From the NCBI RefSeq assembly GCF_000150275.1, contig NW_002060950.1, positions 1,104,106 to 1,168,105 on the forward strand: DNA of 64,000 nucleotides. Reading direction: 5' to 3'. This document shows, piece by piece, positions 38,471-52,907 of this stretch. The notes under the pieces are model-generated. The model saw only the letters and a list, made by a program, of their open reading frames with translations. It had not been told where the DNA came from and ran no database searches. Source of the stretch: Trichoplax adhaerens (Eukaryota; Animalia; Placozoa). A program made the position numbers and the translations under genes. Position 1 is the first letter of the stretch; each line of letters starts with the position of its first letter.

Positions 38471-40080
38471 TTTTCTGATTCACAATACGCCTTGAAGACC
38501 AGATCTACTTTGCCGAAAGGTTGGAAGAATACGTCTTAGAGCTGCTTGTTCGCAGTTTTATAAGAACTTTTTGCGCACTGGAAGCTCATTTATATTGTAT
38601 ACATAGTGTTTTAATCGCCGTCTCTGTTTTCAGCTTACGCTAATAACGATATGAAGTAAGTTACACACAGTACCCTATACTAGTTATCCACTAGCAGGGC
38701 AATCAAGTTAAAATACCAGTAGCAACGCTAACTACTATGCACTAGTTAGATATTTCAATGGGAGCCACAAAAAGAAGCCAATTAAAATACGTTGAGAGAG
38801 ACTGCACCATCCATGTTTGAGTATGCTTAATGAACAGACGACATTTCCTTCGTTTCCTATGTGCTAATAATCTGTACACATTCAATTCAAGATCATTCAT
38901 TATCATCTTATAAAGAAAGAATTAGTTTTATTTTGTATGCCCGTGCGATAGACTTATCTAGTATCTTGATTCAATTTATTTTTTCGCAGGGTATACTGGT
39001 ATTCGATGTTGCATCGGACTTAGTAATAGAAAGTATGAACTTAGCATTGATAGAAATAGCTATTAGTGAAATTGATAAAGGTTATTTGCCTCAATGTTTA
39101 CCTACTACGTCGTATAAACTTTGGCAGATCAGTGGGTATCCCAAGAATAAATTAAATTAGATTAAAGGCAGTGCACCAATCAGTTGCTGTACGAATTAGA
39201 TGGAATGTAGAAAGGATAGTTTGCCAAGTTGTTTTTATCCAATACTAATATCTAACGCTACCAGATATCTTTGGCTGAAAATTTATTTTTGGGGAAATGG
39301 ATCCATTAATTCATGAATTCTCCAATCCCTCATAGGAAAGGTACACGAGTATTTCATTTTTTAATTTTGTAGATATTCTAATGCAGTCATAGTTATAATG
39401 GAATTTTCGGCTCTATCAATTGTAGTGAGTATTTCTTTATCCATGCTGATGAATATTCTGTTTCAGTACTGCGGATCAAGAGCGAGTTGACACTGCACTA
39501 TTTCAATACGAGTCCTTGAATGAGTAATGACAAATGAGAAGCGATCAAATTTGAAATGGCGTAACTTATTTATCAGTGTTAGCGTTTTAAATTACTTCTC
39601 CGATGGTATTGAAGTCAAGCGCTTTATACTGTAGGTGTGGACGTTTTGGGAATGATCCAAATCAACGAAATGATTTTTGATTCAGTAAAGTTTCTTAATT
39701 CTGCCACAACTCCAGCATCAAGATTGCTCTTATATTTATGTAGTTCATTCTAATATCTAAATTACTTCACTTTCCTATCAGATTGGTGTTTTCGAAACAC
39801 TTTGCGATCAATATGATTGTAATAGTTACCTAGGAACATACGGGAGAACTGATCAACTATATGGGACGGTACTGGACGTTATTGCATTCTGATTTTCTAT
39901 CTGCTTGAAGAAATCTTGCGCATTTCTAGTACATCGAGAGAGCCAAAGTGGTATTCATTTCATAAGCAATCGAAAATTGAGCGAAATCACTGCTGTAATA
40001 ACTTCGACATGTTGATGTTCTGTTAAATTTATCTGTTATGAAAACGGAGTAGATAGATCGAAATTGACTAGTCAATACTA

Positions 40081-40370
40081 CCTAGGATGCAATACACATC
40101 CAGTATAATATAATGGATGCTGTTAGCGATAAACTTGGATGTGGTGCATCATTTTAAGATTTAAAGCAAAGTTTCATACAATCCCTTATCCTAAAATTCA
40201 TTCTATTTTACCATGGACTATGATCGAAATGGAGTAGTCTATCACTGCCTAGGGTGCAATACGCATAGAATATCATGGATCTCGTTCACGGTAAACTTGG
40301 ACGCATCATTTCAGATTGGATGAAGACAAAATTTCATACAACTCCTTGTCATAAGAATTCATAGACTATA
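40081..40370. repeat. Degenerate ~168 bp tandem duplication
   Basis: CCTAGGRTGCAATAC...TAAACTTGGA...GCATCATTT...TTTCATACAA begins at 40081 and ~40248. Confidence 0.7.
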
Positions 40371-40530
40371 GAAAAAAAGTTCAATTTTCAAGCACTTGCA
40401 CTTGTACATGCAAAAAAGGCTAGAGAAAATTTCGAAAAGACGCCCATGGATCCTATCACTGATCAATTTCTACGAAATAGGCTGTGTATTTTTTTGGGGG
40501 GGGGGGCAGGTGATATAATTATTGAATTTT

Positions 40531-40718
40531 GGCAACTGCGGCCATCGCCTTGCCGCGTTGCCGTGGCCGACGGTATCGCTTTCGAGTCCGGTACGATACC
40601 GTAAAGTCATGGTAGGGAACCGACGAAGCGCGGTTGACGTCGACATAATCGGTTCCGTTTCGGTTCGCAGTAAAAAGTGGAAGGTTCAGAACCGGACCGA
40701 ACCTCTGACAGGTCCGGT
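40531..40718. other. GC-rich cluster of four consecutive inverted repeats (potential stem-loops)
   Basis: GGCAAC-T-GCGGC/GCCGCGTTGCC (40531-40562); ACGGTATCG/CGATACCGT (40570-40602); GGAACCGA/TCGGTTCC (40616-40656); ACCGGACC/GGTCCGGT (40691-40718). Confidence 0.75.
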
Positions 40719-40745
40719 AAAGGTACAGTACAGTAAAGTGTGATA

Positions 40746-41626
40746 CTGACTGACTACCATTCTGATGACTGGTTACGGACCGTACGACTGTACGTACGGT
40801 AGACTGTACAATGTACAGTACGTACAATACTGTACTGTCTGTGGTTTGTTTCATTTTCATGGAGACTCGGAATTTTGGCTACTGTAGCTGTAGGCACTGA
40901 TATGAACAGTACTGGACCCTGTAGCCTGTACGTGGACTTGCGCGTTGTGGGAAATACAAGTCCAGATTGGCCATCGCATTGTCGTTGTTGTTGGTCAATC
41001 CAGTTGAATGCGGCGGCGGTTGTCGGTTTCAGCGTCAACCTGACTGACTACCATTCTGACTACTGGTACAGTGCAGTACAGTACAGTACGACTGTACGTA
41101 CTGTAGACTGTAGACTGTACAGTGAACAGTACAGTACTGTTTGTGGTTGTTTCAGTTTCATGGAGGCTCGGCATTTTAGGTACTATACTGTACCTGTAGG
41201 CACTGATGTGAACAGTACTGGAGCCTACAGCCTGTACGTGGACTTGCGCGTTATGGGAAACACAAGTGCAGATCAGCCAGCGCTTTGTTGTTGTTGCTGT
41301 TCAATCCAGTTGAAATGCGGTTGTCGGTTTCAGCGTCAACCTGACTGACTGCCATTCTGACTACTGGTACAGTGCAGTACAGTACAGTACGACTGTACGT
41401 ACTGTAGACTGTGGACTGTACTGTTTGTGGTTGTTTCATTCTCGTGGAGACTCGGAATTTAAGGTACTGTACCTGTAGGCACTGATGTGAACTGTACTGG
41501 ACCCTGTAGCCTGTACGTGGACTTGCGACTTACGGGAAACACAAGTGCAGATCAGCCAGCGCATTGTCGTTGTTGTTGTTCAATCCAGTTGGAAGTGAAT
41601 GCGGTTGTCGGTTCTAGCGTCAACCG
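40746..41626. repeat. Tandem triplication of a ~295 bp GC-elevated, TACTG-containing unit immediately upstream of MED24
   Basis: CTGACTGACTRCCATTCTGA at 40746, 41040 and 41341; each unit ends in AGCGTCAACC. The array ends ~105 bp before the MED24 ATG. Confidence 0.93.
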
Positions 41627-41731
41627 AGTTAAGTCACTGCAAGAGTCAATCACGCTGGAAAACGTGTTGTCTGCCAGCTGTAGCGAGTCGTCTATTCATT
41701 GCTTACAACTCATTTCGTGTCGCCAATCGCC

Positions 41732-44700
41732 ATGCCAGTGGTGGGCAATGATGAGCAAACGCAAGAACTTCAAGCATTTTTAATACGCTGTTGGAAAGAA
41801 AGATGGAAGCCCAGTCGGTGGGCAATGAAAGTGCGAAAATTCTTACTTGCAAAAGAAAATAGTTCCAAAATGCTTGCTGGTATAACAACACACTGGATAG
41901 CTTGAATGATTAACGTTTCTATGCATTCAAGTCACCTGTATTCTATCTTTTTCACTGCAATACTTTTACCTCGTATTCAATATACTCAATTACTGTTCAA
42001 GTAGTATTCAATACGATCATGTTGTAGTCTTGATCAGTCGGTTATCATTGCTTGCATGCCATTGAATTGAGCAAGGCTAAGAAAATTGGAATGAAATTTA
42101 TCACTATCATTGCTATTGATGCTCTAATTTTCTATTTTTTTCTTCCTGGATAAACTATTAGAATTGCTACTGAAGCAGATTTTCATTGGGACTATTCCCA
42201 ACGAGTTGCTACTATCCTATATGAATTATGCCACAACAACGCAGGTAATCTTGTGATCCTTTTGCCATCAATGAATGTAGTAATATGCCCAAGGCAGGCT
42301 TATCGTAGAGCGTTCCGTACCAAATGAAAATCTGCCTACAACAGCTAGTTGAGGCAGTTGCGAGTATACGTAAGAATAATACTGCATTCTTAAAGTCCTA
42401 CTTTTATATTGAATGGCTATGCTAAAGGTTTTCATGCATCAGTGAACGCATATTTTATGACGGCAATGACTTACAGGCCTATACATCAATTTATCCAGCA
42501 ATATTGAACCCTTTTTTTAATGAAAGCCCCTTTTATCGTGACGTTGCCGCTCAGAACTGTACTCTTCTTGACAACCTTTACTGATGCGGAGTTTTGTGAC
42601 ATGTATGCAGTACTACTGTATGTTGGCAGTTGTCGTGTATATTGAAATGTAACTTATACACCCAATGCAGGGATTGAATAATGCTGTAGTGGCTAGAGCA
42701 CTTTATTGATGACGAAAAATGACAAACTGATTGCTTTTGTTTTTTCTACTAGTTAATCTCCCACACCACCTTTTACTCTACAATTGCACAGGTAAGTATT
42801 ACATGAAATTGTATGCTAACAGTAAAGTCTACAATACGCATTGGAAGCGCGGAGTTGTGATACAAGCAAATCAAATCTAATATGTGTCTGCTATATTAAA
42901 CTTGCAGCTTGTGGACTTTAGCAAGCCAAGATGCATGAATCGAATCTTAGAGTTGGTCATTCTTATCTTGCCATCAACTAGGTACCTTGCTAGATGCCTT
43001 CATCATACGTATCTTTCTTGAGAATTGTGCATGTTGTTCCAATAAAAACTACCTCCTTTATGATTGTAAAAACACTAACATTGAACTTCAATAATCTATT
43101 GCAGTTGTAAAACTAGAGAAGATAGCTTAGACTTGGCTAAAGCTCTTCTAAGTTTGTTATCATGGCTTCAAACCGTGTGCATAATGTCTATAAGATTTTC
43201 GCAGGTAGGAGGCATTGGGCGCTGGTACATGAATATCTTTTAATTTTGTTTGTATGGTATATGCAATTGACTCACAATGTAAAAAGAGGAACAGAATCGA
43301 ATGTATAGAAATACGTACATATCCTGTAGTAGTGGAATTATCAATCTTATGAAAGTGACCCCACAACAATAAATCATAAAAATATTATCTACATATACAA
43401 TTTATGCCGCTTTCTTAGGCTGGTGTTACAGAGTTATGTAATGCTGCACTTACCTTGATTTTGGACAATCAGAATCTCTGCGGACTTATTCGTATTGGCA
43501 GCTTTAATAGCACTGGTAAATTATTTTCAGGTCCATTTTGGTATACAAGATTAATATTTTTTTGCTGCTGTATAACTTATTAAGTCTTGGTGTTATTCAA
43601 TACTTTCTATCGACCCAAGAATTATGGAACGTCGTGAATCAACTTGGAGAACAGTTATGCGAAGTAGATATGTCGATGCTTGCGGAAAAACCTCGTAATA
43701 AATTATTAAGGATAGCAAGCAAAATTGCGCGGTGAGCCGGACTATTGTACAGTTTTCGATATTTTATGATATGAATTTTCAAATAGTAAATTCTCTCTTC
43801 CATTTATTACAAGCATTTCGGAACATTGATTGATTACTTTTCACATAGTTTTCATGCACGAATAAATATCTGACTAAAATTTGTATCTGATTCTGTAGGC
43901 TAACTAATCATCAATTCGACGGGAATCCATCAATGCAACAGAATAGTAAGGATGGTGGACCATCGACGTCAATTCAACTTATCATTTACATTCAGGTAGT
44001 GTAAGGTTTATGTGTTTCTGTTAAGAAATATGCCAGATTACCCTTACAGCTTTCCTGTATGATGACATGGTCGGTCGTTTATACCTACCTGTTAATGTAA
44101 AACGTTTTATCTCCTTCAGTCTTTGATACGACCATTAAATTCCGAGGAAACCATTGCGTGCTTGTTGGAATCGGTTGATTCGTTTAAGGTTCTTCCTCTA
44201 AATTATCATGTCTTGTTAAGCCGAAATGATGAGTGACATAATAGACATATTCCTCACAACACATTGGTGTTCAAATTTTAGAGAATTAACCCATGTGATT
44301 TCTTTGTGGAATTATATCGAGCCTGTCTCACTGCCATATCCGAGTCTGCAAGTGGCTCATGGGATGAGGTTAAAATAGTCTGCTTTACCCATTTTAAGGT
44401 AAGAAATTGTTGGGACTTAGCGAAGTGTAAAATATATTTGTGTTACATAGTAATTTTTTATATACTACGGTTGTTTATTCACAAATTTCATTTTCTAACC
44501 AATGTTCAATGTAATGAAGCTTCCTAAGATTATCAAGGCCTTGCTTAGGCGTAGCTTTATGCAGGTACTATTGATGCGATTCTGAATAATTGCTAATACG
44601 GTGTCCATCCATATATACGGAAATCTTTTTCACTCGATATGTAAACAAAATTTTCTTTACCCAAATCACATTTTAGCAACTGATATCACAACACGGGTTG

Positions 44701-47700
44701 TCCTTTATGAAATTAACCCGCCTCGCCAATCTTCTTGACGTCATCGATAAAAAACTAAGGTACAATTCGTAATCGGACATCGAGTTGGCGATCTAAAACT
44801 ATTCCAAATTTGACTTTAGCCACCAAAAATTCTTTTATGATTTTGTAGATGCGATACTGTAAGTGCTATTGCAACCTCCCTTCGATTGGAAAATATTATC
44901 ACAGCAAAAGGTTTTGAGGAGCTTATAAAATCTAGGTTGGAAAAGTATCATTTTAACCTCTCTTGTGTACTGATTTCATGCTCAAGATTACTGTTCGTGC
45001 TATTCTTAGAAGCTTCCTTCTGTTGTCCGATTAATGATTGTATTGTATTAATAATAAATCTTAATTAGACCTGAGAAAAGTGACGATATGAATGAATGTA
45101 ACCTTTATAAACAAATGGACGATGCAAGTAAGAGCCCATAATTTGTTCATAATAGCTTTACATTTAATTAATACGATTAAATATTGCAATATCTTTCTAC
45201 CGGATATTAGAAAGCTATTTGGATCGGTTACTACAGGTGAATATGCATTGTAATTTATAGATAGGCACTACTTATGTATTCATACACAAGTTTCGTAAAT
45301 AATGATTATACATATTATTATTTAATTCAGTTAATTAACGCTGGAGACATCGTCGAAGTTCGTTCACAAATAAACTACTTTATTGATCATATGGACGTTG
45401 TGCTTGCTACTGCCGCTTGTAGTGGCTGTATGAAAAATTTAGCCTTGGCATTAATAAGGTAATTATTTTAATCCATCCAATTTATGTATAATTGTAAATT
45501 TTAACATCAAAGTCACGTTTGAAAAATTATGATTTAATCCATTTTTAACAGGTTAAATGACTCCATTAAAAGGCAAACATCAAGAGGAGATCATTTGCAA
45601 TTGTTTGATGTTACCTTCATTTTGCTTTGTTCTGTTATACAACGATATGGAAAACAGGTTTGGCTAGTAGCCCGTAGAATATGTATATTGAATTCTTGTA
45701 ACAAAGTAAATCATAAATTCATAGTCCATTTTTCTTTTAGATTTTGACGGATGATAATCAATCGACGGTGAATTCATTCTTTTATCAATGGGCTAACCAA
45801 TACTTACATGAAGAATACCCTTTTGAGTCTCAAGCTCAACAAGTTCCTAAAAGTGCGAGCATTTCAGTACCCTGTACTCCAACACAATCAATTTTAACTA
45901 TGGCTACCGACACAGTAGATTCGATGTTAAGTGTTTTCACTAAGTCATACGATACTGAGTTTGACTATTCAAATTTATACCAAATGTGCATGATGGCGAG
46001 TGGTTTTGTTAAGGAAATTATTAAACCTTGGCATTTAAATTTTATTAGTGAATCAACTGTCAAGGTATCGAAAATTATATAATCTTGCTATTAATTGCTA
46101 ATTTTTACCTTGTCATGCTGGAATGGATACGTTTCCATTGATATTAACTTGGTCATGATATGATTTAGCAATATTTAGACCGTCTAAAGGGAAAAGCTTC
46201 TTGTCTATCGATTGCAATTTATGCCGCGTGGTATAAAATTGCACTGAGAAGTTCTTCATCGGAGCGCAAAAAGTGCTTTAGGTAAAACGTTTTATCCGAT
46301 AAATTGGTATTATTAATTGCATTCGAATGGGTTATAGTGCCCTACAGATAATTCATCTTATAAGTTCCAAATTGTCTTGATAGTTGCCTTAATCATATTA
46401 TGGAGAATTTGAAAAAGGAGGAAGCGGAAAATGCAAATGATAAAAGCAGATTGAATAAGTAAATTATCATTGTTATTCCTCGTAAAATTTTAAATCATCG
46501 TTGCCATAAAAAATGACCAGATATGCTTTTTTGCCAAAGATTGCAACTTCAACGAGAAATCTTGTCCAGAATTTGTCCAGAGAATTCTCTCATTGAAGAG
46601 AAAACGCGAAACAATTCAACTCTTGGTAAATTTTAATATTCTTTTAACATTATGTACTTTTAGCTTATTATGTTTACGACGCTTACATTTTAAAATTGCT
46701 ATTTATGGGTGTTAATATAATTAGCTCCTCTCCTCTATTTTTAATTGTGTTAGTTAACAGCTGCGGGTCTGATGTATTTATGCAATCGAAAAATTCCCCT
46801 TATGAAGTTAGAAATTATCTCTTTTTTAATTGTGTAAAAATGTGAATTACATTGCGGTAAATTGACTGAGATACTTTGCTCTACCATGTGCCGTAGATTG
46901 TATCCGACATTTTTTCGGAGTTTATGACGAAACGTTGGCTAGGCTGTGCACAAATAAGTAATATTTTTAAGCTATGGTCTGCCACATCTTCTGATTGGTT
47001 CTGTGAGGCATTACTTCAGGTATGGCTATTTTTACGTTGTAGAGCATTTATTATCGTATTACGTGACTTATATAAATTAACACACTGTAGATGCTGAATG
47101 AAGATCGCGGAAAGGATAACTGTATTATGATAGGTGAGTTGTAAATTCTAAGTGTCATTGTGACCGATTTGAGGTTTTTGGGTAATGTCAGATCTCTGGA
47201 TAGCTTATATGCTTACTATTTGTTTCAATTTATTTAAATGTAAAAGATTAGTACTAATATCTATTTAGATATATTTTCGTAAGTTTTTAAATCGATAATC
47301 GTAAAAAGTATTAATTGAACGTTATCTATATGACTTTTGTCAGCTGATGCAATAGCTTGTTTAACTCTGATTCATCCAACTGAATTAATACCAACGGTTT
47401 TTGTACAAGTAATACAACATCATTTAAAGCCTACAATTCACCAATGGAAGGTACTTTCAGTTTCAGTTCTTTATCTGAAAAGAAAGTTCTGATCTACCGA
47501 TAATGTTTACTTTTTATTGTATGCTTCCATCCAATCTAGGCGCGAGCTTTGGCTCATGTGTTGGTGAGATGTATGCAATTTGGCCTCACTTATAGCGGGG
47601 GTACGGTAGACTCTATTTTTAACATCTATCTTTGCAACTGTTGTATTTTACCATTGAAGCTGTTACAAGCAATTTTACTATTTTTTAGATTACAACCCTA

Positions 47701-48579
47701 ACAGTATGTTCAAGCTTGGCAATATAAATAAAAGAGGAAGAAGTGAATCTTTGTCGGAAACTGTGAGTGAGCTATCGTCTTATTTTATCAATGAGGGATG
47801 ATTAATTATAACACTATGATTATCTTGTTATTACCTGTATTTCTTATCATAAAGAATTCATCTGCCACCAACGGCGAGAGGTAAAGTAGGATATAAAAAT
47901 TTTAGGAATTATCTTGAATTTGGCTGTAGTGGTACTATTAAAAATATTAAAATATGTCGTGTATGATATATTTTAAATTAGGCCACCGAAAATTCAACGG
48001 GTTGATGAACCGTTTGATTCAAGTAGTGAAGCAAGCTTAGCTATATACTGTATGGAAACTGCGATGGATACCGAATCTGTGTTAGTCGAAAATGGTTACG
48101 ACGACAATAGAGCAGAATCCTGCTTTGGGAAAGTATTTATTGCAATACTAGGTAAATCTCTGATTAAGGCACTTGTTTATATATTCAATTTGTATTTATA
48201 ATGTTTATTTTTTCCTTTTGTGGTATCATTAGAAACGTTACTGCTAAAGTTTCGAGAAATATTCGAAAAAAACCACATTGGACCGTCAGTAACATTTGCT
48301 ATGTACTTTCTGCAGCGGTATTGCTTAACTAACATGGATCTGTTCTTAAAGCCTGGTTTACGCAAGCTGGTATGTAACGGATTGAATTGTTAATGCAATA
48401 AGGCAATGTTAAAGGCGTATTAAAGTGCCTTTTCGTTATTGTAGGCGATCGATCTTATCCCTTTAATTCCTGGACAAGTTAGCGTAGATTTATTATTACG
48501 GCTTCATGACTTAAACTTGGAAGAGCATCGGAGGGATTGCGCGAAATATTTAGCATATCCTCAAATGATATCAAAGTGA
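41732..48579 (+). CDS. MED24: Mediator of RNA polymerase II transcription subunit 24, many small exons
   Basis: N-terminus LQAFLIRCWKERWKPSRWAMKVRKF, then ELLLKQIFIGTIPNELLLSYMNYA, matching MED24 LQAWKERW...WAINMKKF...GPSPNPLILSYLKYA. Internal LFDVTFILLCSVIQRYG. Last exon LLLRLHDLNLEEHRRDCAKYL, stop at 48577-48579. Not all internal exons were resolved. Confidence 0.88.
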
Positions 48580-49335
48580 CTAAGTTATTAATGATACCAA
48601 AAATGTTGCTAACGACTGTAATATACTGCTGATAATACGTTCACCTCGTATTTAGTTCAAGTAGGTTGATTATATAACCTTTTACCATGATCCCTTCTCA
48701 TTTGCACCTAATGCTGACAATATTGTTAAAAAGCTTGTACAGTTTTGAAATATTACATTTTTTTTAATTCCCTCTATTAATTAATGATCTACTGTACAGT
48801 ATAGTATACTATATAATATTGTATGCCGTGTTATTAATGAATCTGTCTGTTCTCAAGATTAGACCAATTCAAGATATTCTACATAAGTACGTGCACTGTC
48901 AGCTTGTTTACGTTGCGTTAGGCAGATACACAATATGACGAATTTATAATTGACACGCCATAATCGTACTGCGGCTGTATTGTTAAACTCATGATGTCTA
49001 AATGTGGTCGATACAAATACATGGTAATCTAGGCTTCTTCTCAACCCTCTTAAGACAGTTATGGAGTCTGATGATCTACAGTAGAAACTGATACTTGTAC
49101 CAGCTTACAATTTTTTTATTTTTAAGTAGCATTTTGTAGTTGTAAAATAAACTCAATTGTAAGAGATAATAACTTCGTGCAACTGCCTAGCTCTCTCGAA
49201 CTGCATAAATCATAATGTCACGCCTTTATTATTAAATAAGAATATCATCATCACTCAATGAGCGTTCCATAAAGAAATACATTGTTGAATAGATCATACT
49301 ATGTGATAGGCGTAATCGAATGTCCAGTATTCCAT

Positions 49336-51357
49336 TTACACGAGTTTTTTAGCTTCAAAAAATCTTTTCAAATTTGTCATCTGCCATATCCCAGTGGCGA
49401 TAAGAACCAACGTTTGTGCAACTGACCACCACAATACACGGGTATTGGTACTATCACTAGTTGTTCGAAATCTTTCTTCTCTAGACTGTTGGTGAAGGAA
49501 GGAAAAGTGACTCATTTGACATATGACAACTTTGTAAAAAATATCCTGAACTACTGGTTGATAATTAATACTGTAGCACATAATACGAGTATAAAATCAA
49601 CTACTAGATGCTTCATTAATCCTACAGCAAATAGACACTAGCAATTGACTCACCCTTTGGTATCCCTGTTCTTTAGCAATTTGATCGGTTTGATCTATTA
49701 ACTGCCTTAAGCGTATCTGCAAATCTGATAGCTTTTGTTTCTCGGCCATATTACCATAATCGTTGGCATGCTCGCCAATGGACATTGCTAAATGGACACG
49801 CTACAGAAGAGAAAGGAGTCATTAGCTTACCAAGTATTAAATATTAAGATCAAAAATTCTTAAGTTCAGGTAGAAATTACAGATTACAACACAATTCATG
49901 AAGTTACTCCTCTATTGCATATGGTTATGGAAGGTGGACAATATAGAAACTAGTTTTAAATTCGAGAGCGTATAGAATTGTTCTATTATTTATGGATTAA
50001 TTAGCAGCGGAAAAATTAATTCAGCTAAGGTAACACAGCTATGTTGAAATAAAAGATTTATCATTCATACTGTTTAACATCACTTTGCAAATACAATTTG
50101 TAGAAGTATAGGGTTTTGTTTCAACTTGATTCGAGTTTTGATAAACCCTTCTCGTAAGTATGGCACAAATATAAGCTACCGTAGTTCTAGTAGCATATGA
50201 TATCTCTGAAGTAGTATGAACCGAATAGAACAAGAGATGGAAGTTGGATATCGTTTAGTAGGTTAATACAGTATATTTGCGTAGATGTATTACGATGAAT
50301 CAATACAAGGCATAGCTGGCTTAAGCAGACCTTGATGAAGTAAAATTAGTAGTGGCCTGCTTGCAGGCTCTCTACCAATCATTTTAGTTATACGTATAAC
50401 TTACCAATTTCCCGCTGTTGAACCAACCGCGACTACTGTTAGAATATAAGCAGATTACATGCTCTCCAGAAGTATGTGAAGTGAAAGTTATCCTGCCTTT
50501 AGCTTCATAAAATTTATTGAGAAGCATCTTTTTGCTAGGGTCTTTAACATCAACATGGATTCCAATGCCAGGACTATCTTCTAGATATTTTTGTTGTTGT
50601 TCATCGAATTTCTGAACACGGTAGTTGACTATATTGCAGTATTGGTATCAAGCATAACATAACCATGAGAATGTAGACTAGTTTTTACATTGGTTGATAA
50701 AGTTACGGTACATGATATGTATGAATAAGATTGTGTTCAATTTTTTGAACTCATTATGCATTATCGACCACTCTACAACTGACTGTTGGCTATTCATTCA
50801 ATTGTAATGAGTTACTGTAAAATTAAGATTAAGACAGATAAAGATCAAGGTATCGTTAAGAATTGAGAGTAAAGTAAACATGCGATCATCTGCGTAACAG
50901 GTAGATTTGGATCCTTGTTATGACGTTGGCTTTGCATGTACAAAGTGACATTTGAACTAGGGTATGAAAAAACAATTCTAGATATATACTGTACCGTACT
51001 GTAGGCGTACATTTAATATAGCAATCCGTCACTTTCTGGTACGATAGCAAAGTAATACAGAAAGAGTAGCTTTAACTACCGATTACTACTTGTAGTTACA
51101 ATTTTTGATTGGGAATTTTTTGAATTGGTGATGGCCAGTTGATGCCACGTCATAAACAGTACGCTAATGAAGTTGGTTTATTATTTGCCTAATCGACTGG
51201 GAGGACAAAACTTACCCATGACCATCGTTTCCTCCGGTATTTCCTCAATAAAACATTTCTTGGAGCTTTCCTTCATATGAAAATATAAGCAATCTACAGA
51301 GCATACTAAGCTAAGCCATGTTATCATTAATAATTGAACAAGTCTTCTCATTGCCAT
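49336..51357 (-). CDS. TMED9: p24 alpha-subfamily GOLD-domain cargo receptor (TMED9/TMED4-like), 4 exons
   Basis: Signal peptide then [25 protein letters not shown]; [17 protein letters not shown]; [23 protein letters not shown]; [20 protein letters not shown]...FFEAKKLV-stop. Exons ~51216-51357, 50405-50630, 49653-49801, 49336-49485. Likely co-ortholog of TMED4/9. Confidence 0.93.
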
Positions 51358-51474
51358 CTTTTGGTCCAAGTGGAATGCAGTTCTACGTCGTTGAAGAAAG
51401 TATTCCAAAAGGAAAACGATTGTCTACAAATGGCGTACGGCAACAAACGCTTTGAGAGTGAGTGTGCGAGCAAC

Positions 51475-52445
51475 CAGTACAGTGTACAGTATGTCGCATG
51501 GAGTACAGTACAGAGTACGGTAAATTGTGCAAGACGTACTGTACAGTACTGTACAGTACTGTACTGTACTGTACTCCGCTGTATGATTTACAGCCTACGT
51601 TACTATACTGTACTATGACATTGGCAGGTGAAAAATCGCCAATAATACTGTATTGAGTACCGGCTACTATACTGTACAGTACTGTACTGTACTATAGAAA
51701 TGTTGACGTGTACAAAGTGGCCGAGAAATGGTGACTGATTTCAACCAAAGCAAAATCCCCCCAAATGTTCAGAACTTGAACCAATTGCATGCCAAGCCAT
51801 ACAGCAGAAATCCAATAACGCCAATCCATCGTTATAATTGAAAAATCATTAACAATACTGTATTGAGTACTGTGCTGCTATACTGTACAGTACTGAGTAA
51901 TGTTGTACAGTACACTGTACTGTACACCAGTCTGTGACTTGAGTGATTTTACCGTACGGTACAGTACAAAGTGATCGAGAAATGGTGACTGATTTCAACC
52001 AAAGCAAAATCCCCCAAAATGGACAGAACTTGAACCAATTGCATGCCAAGCCATACAGTAAAAATTCAATAACCCAATCCATCGTTATAATTGAAAAATC
52101 ATTAACAATACTGTATTGATTACCGTGCTACTATACTGAGTAATGTTATACAGTTATAATTGAAAAATCATCAACAATACTGTATTGAGTACCGTGCTAC
52201 TACAGTGTACAGTACTGTATGTACAGTACAGTACACTGTACACTGCACATCAGTCTGTGACTTGAGTGATTTTACCGTACGGTACAGTACAAAGTGATCG
52301 AGAAATGGTGAATGATTTCAACCAAAGCAAAATCCCCCAAAATGGACAGAACTTGAATCAATTGCATGCCAAGCCATACAGCAAGAATCCAATAACACCA
52401 ATCCGTCGTTAGAATTGGTGTACGATGTTGCACTTGTACAGTGTA
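51475..52445. repeat. TACTG-rich tract plus tandem triplication (periods 254 and 323 bp) upstream of TMED9
   Basis: GTACAAAGTG..CGAGAAATGGTGA.TGATTTCAACCAAAGCAAAATCCCC at 51710, 51964 and 52287, separated by TACTG/CAGTA tracts. Confidence 0.93.
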
Positions 52446-52907
52446 CACTTTGAGTCGGACCGTGCCACCCTCTTTGCAGGTGTCTCTTGGCATTACTGAT
52501 TCTATCAAGAATTCAAGATACGATCAGGAGACTAGCGAGACGATACATTACTAATTCTATCAAGATACGATCAGCAGACTGTCGAGACGATACGCACTGC
52601 TACAAGTACTATCCATGATAGCGAAAGGATTCAAACTGTTTGATACGATCTCACGGTGGTACAACTGTTGGTACTGGTCCAAGCAGCTATCATGGATTCC
52701 TAATGTACTGTACAGCGCGCTCTTATCCATTCTAGTGTTACATCCTTCCCTATTTCCCACATCAACAGCCATCTTGAATCACTTCCACTGTGTGCAAATG
52801 ATGTCATGGTCACACTATCCGTCCGGGTTTACCCTGGCTTCATCAAGTTAGTAAGAGTAACTTACTGTTTGTGAAGCTGATCAATTTCAATTAGTTTATT
52901 AGAAAGT

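Noticed and set aside
40519-41783. Overlapping Cys-rich ORFs on both strands
   Set aside because: By-products of the GC-rich triplicated promoter unit; frames are not preserved between copies.
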